Under the pieces are notes generated by a model. The model was not told the DNA's origin, ran no database searches, and saw only the letters and a program-made list of their open reading frames with translations. A stretch of DNA of 64,000 bases from Verrucomicrobiia bacterium (GTDB taxonomy: Bacteria; Patescibacteriota; Saccharimonadia; Saccharimonadales; JAGQNK01), in contig DATHJY010000004.1 in the NCBI GenBank assembly GCA_035489575.1, forward strand, positions 27,483 to 91,482, read 5' to 3'. Below are positions 43,825 through 53,964 of this stretch, piece after piece. Position numbers and translations under genes: made by a program. The number at the start of each line of letters is the position of its first letter. The first letter of the stretch is position 1.

Positions 43825-46455
43825 ATGAACAGAGTGACCGGTAAGAAGGTGTTGGCGGTTATAGACGGTAAGTCAGTATTTTACCGCGGCTACTATGCCA
43901 TGCCAGGCCTCAGTACCAAAGAGGGGACACCCACTGGCGGCGTCTACGGCTTTGCGGTCATGGCGCTCCAAGTTATTAAGCAAATAGATCCAGAATATGT
44001 GGCCGTGGCGTGGGACAAGCCCAAGACCAACATTCGCCGCCGGCTGGAACTCTACCCCGCCTACAAGGCCGGTCGCAAACCCGCTCCACCTGATTTTCAT
44101 GTGCAGATTCCTTTGTTGCATGATTTGCTAGAAGCCTTCGGTTGGCCGTTGTACGAGTTTGACGACTACGAGGCCGACGACATCATGGGCACGCTGGCAG
44201 TGCAGGCCAAAGAACAAGATATAGAGACCATGCTGATCACTTCTGACCTGGACATGCTGCAGCTGATCAATCCGTTGGTCCATGTCTATGCCCTCAAGAA
44301 GGGGCTGAGCAATATCGAACTATACAGTCCCGAAAGTTTTCAGGCCAAGTACGGTATTCGTACCGACCAATTCCTAGACCTCAAGGCTCTTAAGGGCGAT
44401 AGCTCGGACAATATTCCAGGCGTACCTGGTATTGGCGAGAAGGGCGCGCTTGATCTGCTCAAGCAGTTCGAAACGCTAGACGGTGTCTACGAAAACCTGG
44501 CCCTTATAAAAGACAGCACTGCCAAAAAATTAGAGGCTGGCAAAGAATCTGCCTATCTCAGCAAAAAGCTGGCAGACATCTGGACTAATGCACCAGTTAC
44601 GCTGGATCTAAAAGAGGTAGACGGTAGCAAGTGTGACCCCGTCCGCGTTCGCCAGACATTGGAAAAACTCGAGTTCCGCACACTTGCTCAGCAACTGCCC
44701 AAGTATATGCATGTTCCAGAAGAGCAGGGTGGTCCCAAAGAAACCGCCAAGCTGGTCGTGGGTGACCACACCGTCATAGATTCCAAAGCGGCCCTAGAAA
44801 AACTGACCCTGCCCAAGGCTGACGAGTTGGTGCTGTACAGCATTAGTTCTACTCCGCATGGCCGTGAACCGGTCAGCCTGACCGTGTCGCCAGACCCTAA
44901 GACCGTTATTACTTTTGACCTAACCGCCATGGACGATGCCGACGTAGGCAACAAGCTGCGTGACTATATAGAAGGTGCCAAACTGGTTGGCTACAATCTC
45001 AAAAACAGTCTGCAACTTCTAAAAACCCTTGGTATCCAGGCGGGGCAGATTCAGCACGATGTGCTGATTGGCGCATTCCTGATCAATTCACTCCGGCGCG
45101 AACAAACCTTGGGTGAATTGGCGGCTGCAGATCTGAACATCCATTTGCCAGAAGACGAAGACACAGCCACGGCCGACATTATCGCCGTTATTCGCGGGCT
45201 GCATGTCCAGCAACAAAAAGATCTGACCAAGATGCCCAAGGTGGCTCAGCTAGCTCAGGATGTGGAGTGGCCTATCATATCGGTGCTGGCCGACATGGAA
45301 TACGAGGGCATCCAGCTAGATACCAACTACTTGGTGCGCATGAGCGACCAGATCAATGACATGATTAGCGACCTCGAACAGCAGATATACGGCCATGCCG
45401 ATAACGAGTTCAACATCGGCTCGCCCGCCCAGCTGGCAGATATTTTGTTCAATACCTTGCAGCTGCCCACCCAGGGCATCAAAAAGGGTAAAACTGGGTA
45501 CTCCACGGCCGCGACCGAACTGGACAAGCTGCGCCCGGTGCACCCCATTATCGACCTCATTACCCAGTGGCGCGAAGTGTCCAAGCTGAAGAATACCTAT
45601 GTAGATACGCTGCCCAAGCAAGTAGACGACAACTCCCGGCTGCACACTACCTACGCCCTGACGGTTGCGCAAACTGGACGGCTCAGCAGTAACGAACCCA
45701 ATTTGCAGAACATTCCGGTACGGACAGATCTGGGCAAGCAAATCCGCACTGCTTTTGTAGCCGGGCCAGGGAACCTGTTGGTTAGTGCCGACTATTCCCA
45801 GCAAGAGCTGCGCCTGGCGGCCTACCTAGCTGACGACCAAGAACTAATAGATCTGTTCAACCGCGACGTAGATGTGCACACCGCCACAGCCGCCGAGGTC
45901 TATGGTCGGAAGCCCGAAGACGTCACCAAGAACATGCGCCGCGACGCCAAAGTGGTTAACTTTGGGGTTATGTACGGTCTGAGCACTCACGGCCTGGTAG
46001 CGGCTACGGGCATGACCTACGAACAAGCCGGCCACTTCATAAAGAAATATTTCGAGGTCCGGCCCAAGCTGCTTGCCTACATAGAATCAGTCAAAGAACA
46101 GGCCAAAAAAGACGGCTATACCGAAACCATCATGGGCCGCCGCCGGCCAACCCCAGACGTACACAGCAGCAACTTCATGGTGCGCGAAGCCGCTATTCGA
46201 GCGGCTGTAAATATGCCGTTCCAGGGCAGTGCCGCCGACCTGACCAAACTAGCTATGGTGCGTATCCAGCAGCAGCTAAAGAGCACCGACTGCAAGATGT
46301 TGCTGCAAATTCATGACTCAGTTATTGTCGAATGCCCAGAGGCCGAAGCCGACCGGATAGCAAAATTGCTCAAGAGTACCATGGAGGGCGCCCAGCAACT
46401 GCCGGTCAAACTAACCGTAGACACCTCCGTAGGAAAAAACTGGGGCGAGTTGTAG
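43825..46455 (+). CDS. polA: DNA polymerase I
   Basis: 876 aa with a 5' nuclease domain (GVYGF, SSDNIPGVPGIGEK), a central domain, and polymerase motifs A (LLVSADYSQQELR), B (RRDAKVVNFGVMYG) and C (QIHDS). Confidence 0.97.
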   Translation: MNRVTGKKVLAVIDGKSVFYRGYYAMPGLSTKEGTPTGGVYGFAVMALQVIKQIDPEYVAVAWDKPKTNIRRRLELYPAYKAGRKPAPPDFHVQIPLLHDLLEAFGWPLYEFDDYEADDIMGTLAVQAKEQDIETMLITSDLDMLQLINPLVHVYALKKGLSNIELYSPESFQAKYGIRTDQFLDLKALKGDSSDNIPGVPGIGEKGALDLLKQFETLDGVYENLALIKDSTAKKLEAGKESAYLSKKLADIWTNAPVTLDLKEVDGSKCDPVRVRQTLEKLEFRTLAQQLPKYMHVPEEQGGPKETAKLVVGDHTVIDSKAALEKLTLPKADELVLYSISSTPHGREPVSLTVSPDPKTVITFDLTAMDDADVGNKLRDYIEGAKLVGYNLKNSLQLLKTLGIQAGQIQHDVLIGAFLINSLRREQTLGELAAADLNIHLPEDEDTATADIIAVIRGLHVQQQKDLTKMPKVAQLAQDVEWPIISVLADMEYEGIQLDTNYLVRMSDQINDMISDLEQQIYGHADNEFNIGSPAQLADILFNTLQLPTQGIKKGKTGYSTAATELDKLRPVHPIIDLITQWREVSKLKNTYVDTLPKQVDDNSRLHTTYALTVAQTGRLSSNEPNLQNIPVRTDLGKQIRTAFVAGPGNLLVSADYSQQELRLAAYLADDQELIDLFNRDVDVHTATAAEVYGRKPEDVTKNMRRDAKVVNFGVMYGLSTHGLVAATGMTYEQAGHFIKKYFEVRPKLLAYIESVKEQAKKDGYTETIMGRRRPTPDVHSSNFMVREAAIRAAVNMPFQGSAADLTKLAMVRIQQQLKSTDCKMLLQIHDSVIVECPEAEADRIAKLLKSTMEGAQQLPVKLTVDTSVGKNWGEL

Positions 46456-46567
46456 CAAACTCAACCTAAGGCAACTGTTTAAGTATAAACAAGCATAAGC
46501 ATAATATTAACAGATACAAATGCGACTTATTGTTTAAGTCAAAGTAAAGATGTAGTAAACTTGATAT

Positions 46568-47740
46568 ATGTTAAAGCCGATAAGATTACCTGAGCCCAAG
46601 TTTACTTCTCCACTTGTCATTTCTATATGGGAGTTGGAGAAGCTTCGATACGATGGTTTCGAGGCAACGACGCCGCCTTGGCTCTTCTTTGATTTAAAGC
46701 AAATCATGCATCTACTCGAGAGCGTTCTGTCGGTACGCATAGAGGGCAATAGGACTACTTTGTACAGTGCAGTTGAGGATGTCATAGAGGGACAAAAGCC
46801 TACCTCTGACGAGCAAGTCATAGAGTGGCGCAACGTGCAGAAGGCGATAGAATTTATCGAACAGAATGCGAAACAAAGAAAAATAGACAGAGCATTTTTG
46901 AGCGAATTGCACAAGATAGTGGTTGCCGATCTCTCACCCTCAAATGAAGGGAGTAGGTCACCGGGGGTGTTCCGAAGGGGTAAGGTTAAGATTGATAAAT
47001 CTGCGTATTCACCACCTGACCCTGTCCAGGTGACTGAGCTGATGGACGAACTCTTTGAATTCATTGACTCAGAGATAGCAGGTAATCAAGACCTTCTAGT
47101 GACGGCGATCGCACATCATCGCTTCGAGGCAATACACCCTTTCGATAACGGCAACGGTAGAACTGGGCGCCTGTTAACGTATGCCATGCTGACCAAGCAA
47201 AGGTTTATAGATACAGATGGGCTAAGGCTTCTGAACCCTTCCGCAATCTTTGGGGTGGACAGAAGGCACTACTTCCAGATGCTTTCTTCGGCCGACACAG
47301 GTACCGACGACGGGCTGCTGGGTTGGTGTGAGTACGTTGTCAATGGAATAAAGGCGGAAGTATCAAGAATTGATAAACTAATGGACTTCGAGTTTGTTAA
47401 GCGCTTGATTCTGGGTCCATCCATAAAAAATGCAACCGAAAAGGGAATCTTAAGCAAAAAAGAAAAAGGAATATTAGAAATTGCCATCGAGAAGGAGCGA
47501 TACTTCCAGGCAGGTGATGTTATGCATCTGTACGGTGCAAGTCAGTCTGCGAGAACTATGACGTCTAGGGCCCTCAAGAAAATGAGAGACCAAAATTTGA
47601 TTTTAGCTCTTCCGAATAAGAAGCAGCAGTACGTTCCAAGGTTTTTCAACAATCTGTTACTGCGTGGGGTGATGCAACAACTGAACGAGCAAAAGGTCCT
47701 TCCACTGAGTTTTAGTGCATCAGATCTCGATAAGGAATAA
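46568..47740 (+). CDS. Fic family protein with N-terminal inhibitory-helix motif
   Basis: Fic motif HPFDNGNGRTGR read directly. The upstream SVRIEGN fits the (S/T)xxxE(G/N) auto-inhibition motif. The local sequence is visibly more AT-rich than its neighbours. Confidence 0.85.
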   Translation: MLKPIRLPEPKFTSPLVISIWELEKLRYDGFEATTPPWLFFDLKQIMHLLESVLSVRIEGNRTTLYSAVEDVIEGQKPTSDEQVIEWRNVQKAIEFIEQNAKQRKIDRAFLSELHKIVVADLSPSNEGSRSPGVFRRGKVKIDKSAYSPPDPVQVTELMDELFEFIDSEIAGNQDLLVTAIAHHRFEAIHPFDNGNGRTGRLLTYAMLTKQRFIDTDGLRLLNPSAIFGVDRRHYFQMLSSADTGTDDGLLGWCEYVVNGIKAEVSRIDKLMDFEFVKRLILGPSIKNATEKGILSKKEKGILEIAIEKERYFQAGDVMHLYGASQSARTMTSRALKKMRDQNLILALPNKKQQYVPRFFNNLLLRGVMQQLNEQKVLPLSFSASDLDKE

Positions 47741-47743
47741 TGT

Positions 47744-48292
47744 GTGAAAAAGATTCTTTTTATAACTGAAAACGAGCGAAAGATTTGGCAGGCGCAGAGT
47801 ACGCTGGAGCCTTTTGGTATTGTGGTCGAGGCCCAAAAGCTAGATATCCAGGAAATCCAGGCGCTTGATCCGTTGGACATTGCTGACGCAAAGGCCCGGA
47901 CGGCCTACGAGCATTTCAAAAAGCCGTTGGTGGTCTGCGATCATGCCTGGAGCATCCCGGCGCTCAAGGGCTTTCCGGGCGGGTATATGAAGGACGTGAA
48001 TAAGTGGCTGGTCGAAGACGATTGGCTGGCACTACTGGCAGATAAAAAAGACCGCTCGATCATTTTGACCGAGACGGTCGTTTTTATAGACGGCGACACC
48101 ACTAAGCACTTTTCGGTCGAGTTTCCGGCACATTTTATTCATGAGGCTCATGGCAGTACCAACGGTCACCCCTGTGAAAGGATAGTTGCCTTTGATGGAT
48201 TTACCGAAACTATCACCCAGCGCATAGATGCTGGCCAGCACGCCCGTGATATGAGCAAATCGGCCTGGCAAGAATTTGGCCGGTGGTACTAG
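47744..48292 (+). CDS. Ham1/ITPase-like non-canonical NTP pyrophosphatase (divergent)
   Basis: GTG start 4 nt after the Fic stop. KILFITENERK and ...ADAKARTAY....PLVVCDHAWSIPALKGFPGGYMK are laid out like the Ham1 family, but the DDSGL motif is replaced. Confidence 0.5.
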   Translation: MKKILFITENERKIWQAQSTLEPFGIVVEAQKLDIQEIQALDPLDIADAKARTAYEHFKKPLVVCDHAWSIPALKGFPGGYMKDVNKWLVEDDWLALLADKKDRSIILTETVVFIDGDTTKHFSVEFPAHFIHEAHGSTNGHPCERIVAFDGFTETITQRIDAGQHARDMSKSAWQEFGRWY

Positions 48293-49353
48293 CAGGGCTG
48301 AGTAGGGGCCTGAGAACCGTTGCCTACTTTTTGCTGAATCCAACTGCTGGCAGCGTCAAAGAAGACGTGAGCATTGGGGTGCAAATTCAGGTTGTGGCCA
48401 GCTACTGGCTGCACCATAGCTTCTAGACAGGCGCTGGTGTCGTAGTGGCTGCTCTCGCGGGCCAGAATGTCTGCTGCCGAATTGCACTGAAGACCTCCGC
48501 TACAGTACACGTTGTCCTCGGCACCCATGGCCAACAGGACGGGCACATGGATCTGAGTGGTAAAGCCGGGCAGCAGTGGTACAAAGAAGCTATTGAGATC
48601 ATCAGTCGATACGGTGCCTTTTAGCTGTTCATCTACCTTGACGGCCTTGGGTTTGGCAAAGTCGGTGTTAAAGAAAATACTGCCGGCACCTGGTTTGGTC
48701 GTGAAGTAACCCGCTATGCCAGGTTTGTTAGCAAACTTAGGGTCCTCGCTGGCTGGGTAGAGTAGGTTTGTGAACTCCTCTACGGGCAAGGCTCCGTCAT
48801 GCAAAATACCCGACAGAATCACGCCATCGACATCAGCATAGGTTGCCGATTCGTACATAGCAACGGCTCCACCAGATGATTGTCCAACTAGTACGACCTT
48901 GGAAAACGACGTACCGTTCAGGCTGCCGTTACGGAGTTTCTGTACAATCTGGTGCAAGGTGTGGGCGTTGGACTGCACGGTTACCTGGTCGGCTGGTGGT
49001 CGGTCGCTGGGGTCAGCACCAAAGGTGTTAAAGGCAAAAGTCACAAAGCCCTTGTTGGTCTGATCTAGCACATACGAATGCTTTTGCGGTTGGTAAGGAA
49101 AATCCCAGTATTCTTTAGATGACGTAGTGCCATGGCCCAGAACTTGAACGGTCTTGCCCTGCGGAGATCCCCGATAGCATAGGTCACCTACGATGCTATA
49201 TGTGGTGGGGTCGCTTGCAGAGAGTGTTACGGCAATGGTTTTTGATTCGCAGTGCGGTTTGGGCAGGGCCGACGCCTTGCTGGGGACAAGCCCCGCCAGG
49301 GTCACCAGACCCAATACGGCCATAGCAAAGCCACTTGCTCTTTTTATTGTCAT
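48289..49353 (-). CDS. secreted alpha/beta hydrolase (esterase/lipase-like)
   Basis: Signal peptide (MTIKRASGFAMAVLGLVTLAGLVPSKASA). Nucleophile elbow GQSSG. Confidence 0.7.
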   Translation of the reverse strand: MTIKRASGFAMAVLGLVTLAGLVPSKASALPKPHCESKTIAVTLSASDPTTYSIVGDLCYRGSPQGKTVQVLGHGTTSSKEYWDFPYQPQKHSYVLDQTNKGFVTFAFNTFGADPSDRPPADQVTVQSNAHTLHQIVQKLRNGSLNGTSFSKVVLVGQSSGGAVAMYESATYADVDGVILSGILHDGALPVEEFTNLLYPASEDPKFANKPGIAGYFTTKPGAGSIFFNTDFAKPKAVKVDEQLKGTVSTDDLNSFFVPLLPGFTTQIHVPVLLAMGAEDNVYCSGGLQCNSAADILARESSHYDTSACLEAMVQPVAGHNLNLHPNAHVFFDAASSWIQQKVGNGSQAPTQPC

Positions 49354-49485
49354 GCCAAAACTCCTTATGGTTATTTACGCATGTAATATATCGAATGCGT
49401 AGTCTTTTTCTGACAAGGATTCTCACTTTTTAAAGAATTTTGTTTTTCTGGTCTGCGTTTTTTGTAGGATGGTATAGTAGCACCC

Positions 49486-50058
49486 ATGAGTGATACACAG
49501 ACAAGTCAGGGTGATATTGTTTTTCGGGGTAAATTATTCGAGGTCGTGCAGACCAAACAGCCAGATGGCCGAGTCTTTGAGCTGGCCCGTCGGGCACCGG
49601 GTGTTCGTATCATTGTGGCCGACAAACAAAAGCGCCAGCTGCTACTAACCAAAGAGTTTCGGACCGAGCTGAACGATTGGGACCACCGTCTGCCGGGCGG
49701 AAAAGTGTTTGATACGTTGGCCGAGTATGACAAATTTCGGGAAAGCGGCGCAGACATTGCGGTACCAGCGCTGGCCAAGGTAAAAGGCGAGGGTGCTGAA
49801 GAAGCAGGCTTGGATATCCGTGACGCCAAGCTGTTCAAGAAATCTACCTTGGGTGCCACGGTAGAGTGGGACCTGTTTATTTTTGAGGCTATAGACTGGC
49901 GGCCACACGCCGATGGCCAGCAGTTAGAGGCTGGCGAACAAATAGAAGCCGATAACTGGTTTGGCTACGACGAGGTAAAAACAATGATACTAGCGGGCCA
50001 CATGGCCGAAGACCGCGTGGCACTGATACTGCTGCAGTGGCTTTCTTTGCAAGGATAG
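49486..50058 (+). CDS. NUDIX hydrolase-like protein
   Basis: An ADP-ribose-pyrophosphatase-like N-terminal strand pattern and a degenerate Nudix box (LPGGKV ... GEGAEEAGL) interrupted by an insertion. Confidence 0.5.
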   Translation: MSDTQTSQGDIVFRGKLFEVVQTKQPDGRVFELARRAPGVRIIVADKQKRQLLLTKEFRTELNDWDHRLPGGKVFDTLAEYDKFRESGADIAVPALAKVKGEGAEEAGLDIRDAKLFKKSTLGATVEWDLFIFEAIDWRPHADGQQLEAGEQIEADNWFGYDEVKTMILAGHMAEDRVALILLQWLSLQG

Positions 50059-50069
50059 GGTGCAAAGGG

Positions 50070-50792
50070 ATGAGCCTCTTAGAGCAAGCCACTAGCGTAG
50101 AGCAATACAATACCGCCGATATGGACTGGGAGGCAGAAGGCAATCCCGACTCACCTGTTCGCCAATTTTTGGGCCGAGTTATAGGCATCACTCCTATTGA
50201 TGTCGAGGCGGCTGATGTGCTGGATGTAGGCTGTGGCTCTGGGTGGTTTTTGCAGCGTTGCGCGCAGCTAGACGCGTATAGCTTGGTTGGCGTGGAGCCA
50301 TCCAGATACGCTGAAATGGCTACCAGGCTTGTTCCTCGGGCTACCATTTATAATCAAACCTTCGAGAGCTTTGCTACCGAGGAGTCGTTTGACCTGGTAA
50401 GTATGATAATGTCCACCGAGCATCTAGCAGATCTTGAAGACGCTTTTTTGAGGAGTCGGCTGCTTCTCAGGGCTTCATCAATGTTGCTGGTTGTGGCGGG
50501 CGACTACGATGCTTTCCGGGCACCGCGATTTGACTACACGATAACCGAAGAAATAAAGCAGCCAGGCAAAGAGGCTGTTGTTCGGGTAGAGCGGCCTTCG
50601 AGTTTTGGCACCACAACCGACATTCTTCGAACAGTAGATTACTGGAGCGAAACTGCGGAAGAGTCAGGCTTTAAAGTTGCAGACCACCAACCGGTGTTTG
50701 CAGATGACCAACTTGTAGAAGCTATTCCAAAGTACGAGATATACAAAGAAACACCAGTGATGCAATTATTCAGATTTAAGAAAGAGCCATGA
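50070..50792 (+). CDS. class I SAM-dependent methyltransferase
   Basis: ATG at 50070. Motif I is VLDVGCGSGWF. Confidence 0.7.
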   Translation: MSLLEQATSVEQYNTADMDWEAEGNPDSPVRQFLGRVIGITPIDVEAADVLDVGCGSGWFLQRCAQLDAYSLVGVEPSRYAEMATRLVPRATIYNQTFESFATEESFDLVSMIMSTEHLADLEDAFLRSRLLLRASSMLLVVAGDYDAFRAPRFDYTITEEIKQPGKEAVVRVERPSSFGTTTDILRTVDYWSETAEESGFKVADHQPVFADDQLVEAIPKYEIYKETPVMQLFRFKKEP

Positions 50793-50802
50793 GGCCACTG
50801 TG

Positions 50803-51435
50803 CTAAAAAGGCGACGAGCGTTTGGTCGCGGTAATGACCGCGAACCCACCATCTGAGACGAGGTATGAGTGGCCTACGGCAAACCCAGCGTTTTGCAGTT
50901 CTTGCTCTAGGTCAGGGATCTGCCAGTATTTAAAATATCGTTTGCCGGACAGGCCTTTTTCGCGCCAGCCCTCAAAATCGCCCACCTTCATACCCAGGCA
51001 TAGCAGACCTTGGGACTGTAGTCCTTGATATAAATTGCTAACCGCTTGCCGGAACTGGTCAGTGTTACAGTGCAGCAAAACGGCGTTGGCTAGAATAGCT
51101 TTGTAAGTTTTTTCAGGTGGCTGGTCTAGGACGTTATAGGCCAACACGTCGTGGCCTTGTGCCTGCAGCAGGTCGCGAAAGGACTCGGCTGCGTCGCTGC
51201 GCTGCACGCGGAAGCCAGCAGCTTCTGTTCTTCGGGCGTCAGCCCCGCTGCCACTGCCAACTTCAAAAATTGTCTGGCCGGGTGGCAGCTGGTCCAAAAA
51301 ATATTCTACCCCTGGCCAGTAGGCTGCCGTCCGGTCATGATCCAACAGCTCCTTTTTATCTACGTATTCGTCTATATGCGTATTGTAGCTTTCTAGGGTG
51401 ATTCGCTGGGCCTCGGCTGGATCGATCTGTGACAT
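50803..51435 (-). CDS. class I SAM-dependent methyltransferase
   Basis: ATG at 51435 (MSQIDPAEAQ). Motif I is IFEVGSGSGADA. Confidence 0.7.
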   Translation of the reverse strand: MSQIDPAEAQRITLESYNTHIDEYVDKKELLDHDRTAAYWPGVEYFLDQLPPGQTIFEVGSGSGADARRTEAAGFRVQRSDAAESFRDLLQAQGHDVLAYNVLDQPPEKTYKAILANAVLLHCNTDQFRQAVSNLYQGLQSQGLLCLGMKVGDFEGWREKGLSGKRYFKYWQIPDLEQELQNAGFAVGHSYLVSDGGFAVITATKRSSPF

Positions 51436-51539
51436 ACCGCGTATGATAGCAGGCTTTAGAGCCTGTTGTCCCAGTGAAATAACTCGCTGCCCGGCTGCCA
51501 AAGCTGTTTCATACTGCGTGTATATTTGGAGGAATAGCT

Positions 51540-52199
51540 ATGGGGCGTTGGCTAAAAGAACATTCATTGAGTTTGGTGGTGTTTGGCTTATTTGCGGTCT
51601 TTCTTGTGGGCCACAGTATCGCCGGGTTTCGCCACTACAATGAGCAGCAGCAGATACATAGCCAGCCGGAGGTAACATATGCGGAATATGTGACTTCCGG
51701 CGATTTTGTCGAGTCGGTGTTCGAGAACTGGGAGAGCGAGTTCCTACAGATGGGCATGTATGTTTTTCTGACGGCTTTCTTGTATCAAAAGGGCTCGGCT
51801 GAATCAAAAAAGCCCTATGGCAAAGAGGCCTTTGACGCCGAACCGCGAGCTTCAAAGTATGCGCCATGGCCGGTCAAGCGCGGTGGTTGGGTACTGAAGC
51901 TGTACGAGAACTCGCTGAGTATTATCTTGCTGCTCATGTTCCTCCTGTCTTTTTGGCTGCATGCCGCGGGTGGGGCGCGGGCGACCTGTGAAGAGGACCA
52001 GGTTCACGGCCAAACCGATTGCCACACAACCACTCAGTACATGCATACGTCAAAGTTTTGGTATGAATCTTTCCAGAACTGGCAGAGTGAGTTTTTGGCC
52101 GTAGGTGCCCTGGTGGTTCTCAGTATTTACTTCCGACAAAAGGGGTCACCAGAGTCCAAGCCGGTCAATACGCCCCATAACAAAACAGGCGCACAGTAG
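51540..52199 (+). CDS. membrane protein with internal duplication (DUF6766-like)
   Basis: The two halves repeat the block NWESEFLQMGMYVFLTAFLYQKGSAESKKP / NWQSEFLAVGALVVLSIYFRQKGSPESKPV. Confidence 0.55.
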   Translation: MGRWLKEHSLSLVVFGLFAVFLVGHSIAGFRHYNEQQQIHSQPEVTYAEYVTSGDFVESVFENWESEFLQMGMYVFLTAFLYQKGSAESKKPYGKEAFDAEPRASKYAPWPVKRGGWVLKLYENSLSIILLLMFLLSFWLHAAGGARATCEEDQVHGQTDCHTTTQYMHTSKFWYESFQNWQSEFLAVGALVVLSIYFRQKGSPESKPVNTPHNKTGAQ

Positions 52200-52265
52200 C
52201 TAGTACACGACAATTAGCATAAACGACTTGTATTTTATTACCTATTGTGCCATAATAGGTCAGTT

Positions 52266-52841
52266 ATGAAATATGTTTTGGCGGTTTTAGGAGTCATTGT
52301 AGTGGCCGTTTTGGCTATTGTATTGATTACCCGTGGCCCAAGTGGCAAAAAAAATCCTGCAGCCCCTAAGAAAGTGGTGATCTCTCAGCAGGATACCGAC
52401 AGTACGTCGGCTATCTTTACCACCCAGGGCAAAGTAGTGGGCGAAGAGCAGTTTCGCGCTATTCGTATTACGGTCAGCCAGGACGAGCGTCGTCTAGAGA
52501 TATTGACCGGTTACGACGGCACGGTCTCGACCAGTCAAGTCTACCCAAACACGCCATCTGCTTATTCCGCCTTTCTGACCTCGATCGAAAAGGCCGGCTT
52601 TGGTTTGGCGCGCAAAACCACTACCACCGACCCAACCGGTGTGTGTCCTCTGGGGCGTCGATCTGTTTACGAACTCAAAGACTATGACCAAAAGCTTATA
52701 AATCTCTGGAATACTTCTTGCGGCGCAAAGATCGGCAGCTTTGGCGGGCGTGCTGCCACGGTTAATTCGCTATTTAGGGCTCAGATCCCTAAGTACCAAA
52801 GCCAGGTTAAAGGTGTTAGCCTGAGCGGCACCAACGACTAA
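52266..52841 (+). CDS. membrane-anchored hypothetical protein
   Basis: ATG at 52266 (MKYVLAVLGVIVVAVLAIVLI signal anchor). Confidence 0.5.
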   Translation: MKYVLAVLGVIVVAVLAIVLITRGPSGKKNPAAPKKVVISQQDTDSTSAIFTTQGKVVGEEQFRAIRITVSQDERRLEILTGYDGTVSTSQVYPNTPSAYSAFLTSIEKAGFGLARKTTTTDPTGVCPLGRRSVYELKDYDQKLINLWNTSCGAKIGSFGGRAATVNSLFRAQIPKYQSQVKGVSLSGTND

Positions 52842-52846
52842 CACTC

Positions 52847-53458
52847 TTGTCGGTCCAGTCTGCTAGACTAGAATCAGTGAAGACGCGCGCCATTATTTTT
52901 GATTGTTTTGGAGTACTTACCACGGATGTGTGGCGGGCTTTTCTGGACAACTTGCCGGCTGGAACGGACACCACAGAAGCGCGTCGTCTCAATCATGCCT
53001 ATGATGCCGGGCTGATCAGCTTGCAGGATTTTCTAGAAGGGGTGCAAAAAGCTACGGGCCAAAAACCCACACGTGTAGAAGAGCTCTTGGAAGGAACCGG
53101 CGAAGTTGTCAAAAACACCCGGCTGCTGGAATACATCACGCAGCTGCGGGGCCGGGGCTACAAAATTGGCATGATTAGCAACATTGCGACCAACTGGATT
53201 CGCGACACGTTCCTGAGCGCAGAAGAGCAGGCGTTGTTCGACCACATGCTTTTTAGTTACGAACTCGGCCTGACCAAGCCAGACCCGCGAATCTATCGCC
53301 TGGCGTGCGAACGTTTGGGAGTAGAGCCGGAAGAAGCGATTTTTATTGACGATATCGATCGCTACTGCGCCGCGGCTGAGGCTGAGGGTTTAGGAGCAAT
53401 TATATACACCGACTTTGGGACTGTGCAGTCCCAGCTCGAATCCTTGCTAACGGCCTAA
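52847..53458 (+). CDS. HAD-superfamily hydrolase
   Basis: Motif I variant IIFDCFGVLT (second Asp replaced, as in the DxYGT dehalogenase-type), motif II SN, and motif IV FIDDI. Confidence 0.7.
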   Translation: MSVQSARLESVKTRAIIFDCFGVLTTDVWRAFLDNLPAGTDTTEARRLNHAYDAGLISLQDFLEGVQKATGQKPTRVEELLEGTGEVVKNTRLLEYITQLRGRGYKIGMISNIATNWIRDTFLSAEEQALFDHMLFSYELGLTKPDPRIYRLACERLGVEPEEAIFIDDIDRYCAAAEAEGLGAIIYTDFGTVQSQLESLLTA

Positions 53459-53605
53459 ATATATCACACGTGATATATACGGCGGTCTTTTCGTCCCATT
53501 GTATGGTAAATGCTTGACAAGCTTGACCACCAGGTTTAGGGTGTGGGCAGGTAAATGTTTTCTCTTTGATAACCAAACTAAATACTAACTAGCAAAGGCT
53601 GTTCT

Positions 53606-53833
53606 ATGAGTTTGTATGAATATAGGGGCATGACCGTTGGGGGTGCTGCATTTGATGTTGCCGAAGCGTCTCCGGACTCTGGGGTTGCAGCCGATCTGGG
53701 CGAGCCGCTGACCGACATTAACCTTCGTGAATACGGCAGTCCCGAAGCACGCTATGCGGGCGAGGTGCCAACCGCAGATCGAGTCATCGAAGACGCACCA
53801 GTGCTTGGGCATCTCATGCTAGAGAATTTATAA
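53606..53833 (+). CDS. hypothetical small protein
   Basis: 75-aa ORF. An equally long ORF exists on the opposite strand (53585-53812). A weak TTGACA-17-TAGGGT at 53514-53542 favours the + strand. Confidence 0.25.
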   Translation: MSLYEYRGMTVGGAAFDVAEASPDSGVAADLGEPLTDINLREYGSPEARYAGEVPTADRVIEDAPVLGHLMLENL

Positions 53834-53964
53834 CAGGATCTGTACAACTAGCACGCCATCACGTATGCTAGGGGCCATTGGATGGCCTTGGCCATTCATC
53901 CAGTGCGAACACATCTTTCGAGGTGTGTTTTACATATATTAACCCCCCATGAAGGTCCAGCTTT

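Noticed and set aside
46534-47064. 176-aa ORF antisense to the 5' part of the Fic gene
   Set aside because: The Fic frame carries the diagnostic motifs. The antisense product is S/C/L-rich with no features.
53459-53478. 9-2-9 palindrome ATATATCAC ac GTGATATAT after the HAD gene, as a regulatory operator
   Set aside because: It is AT-only flanking a CACGTG-like core and lies immediately after a stop codon. The loop is too short for a terminator and nothing links it to a regulator, so it is kept as a curiosity only.
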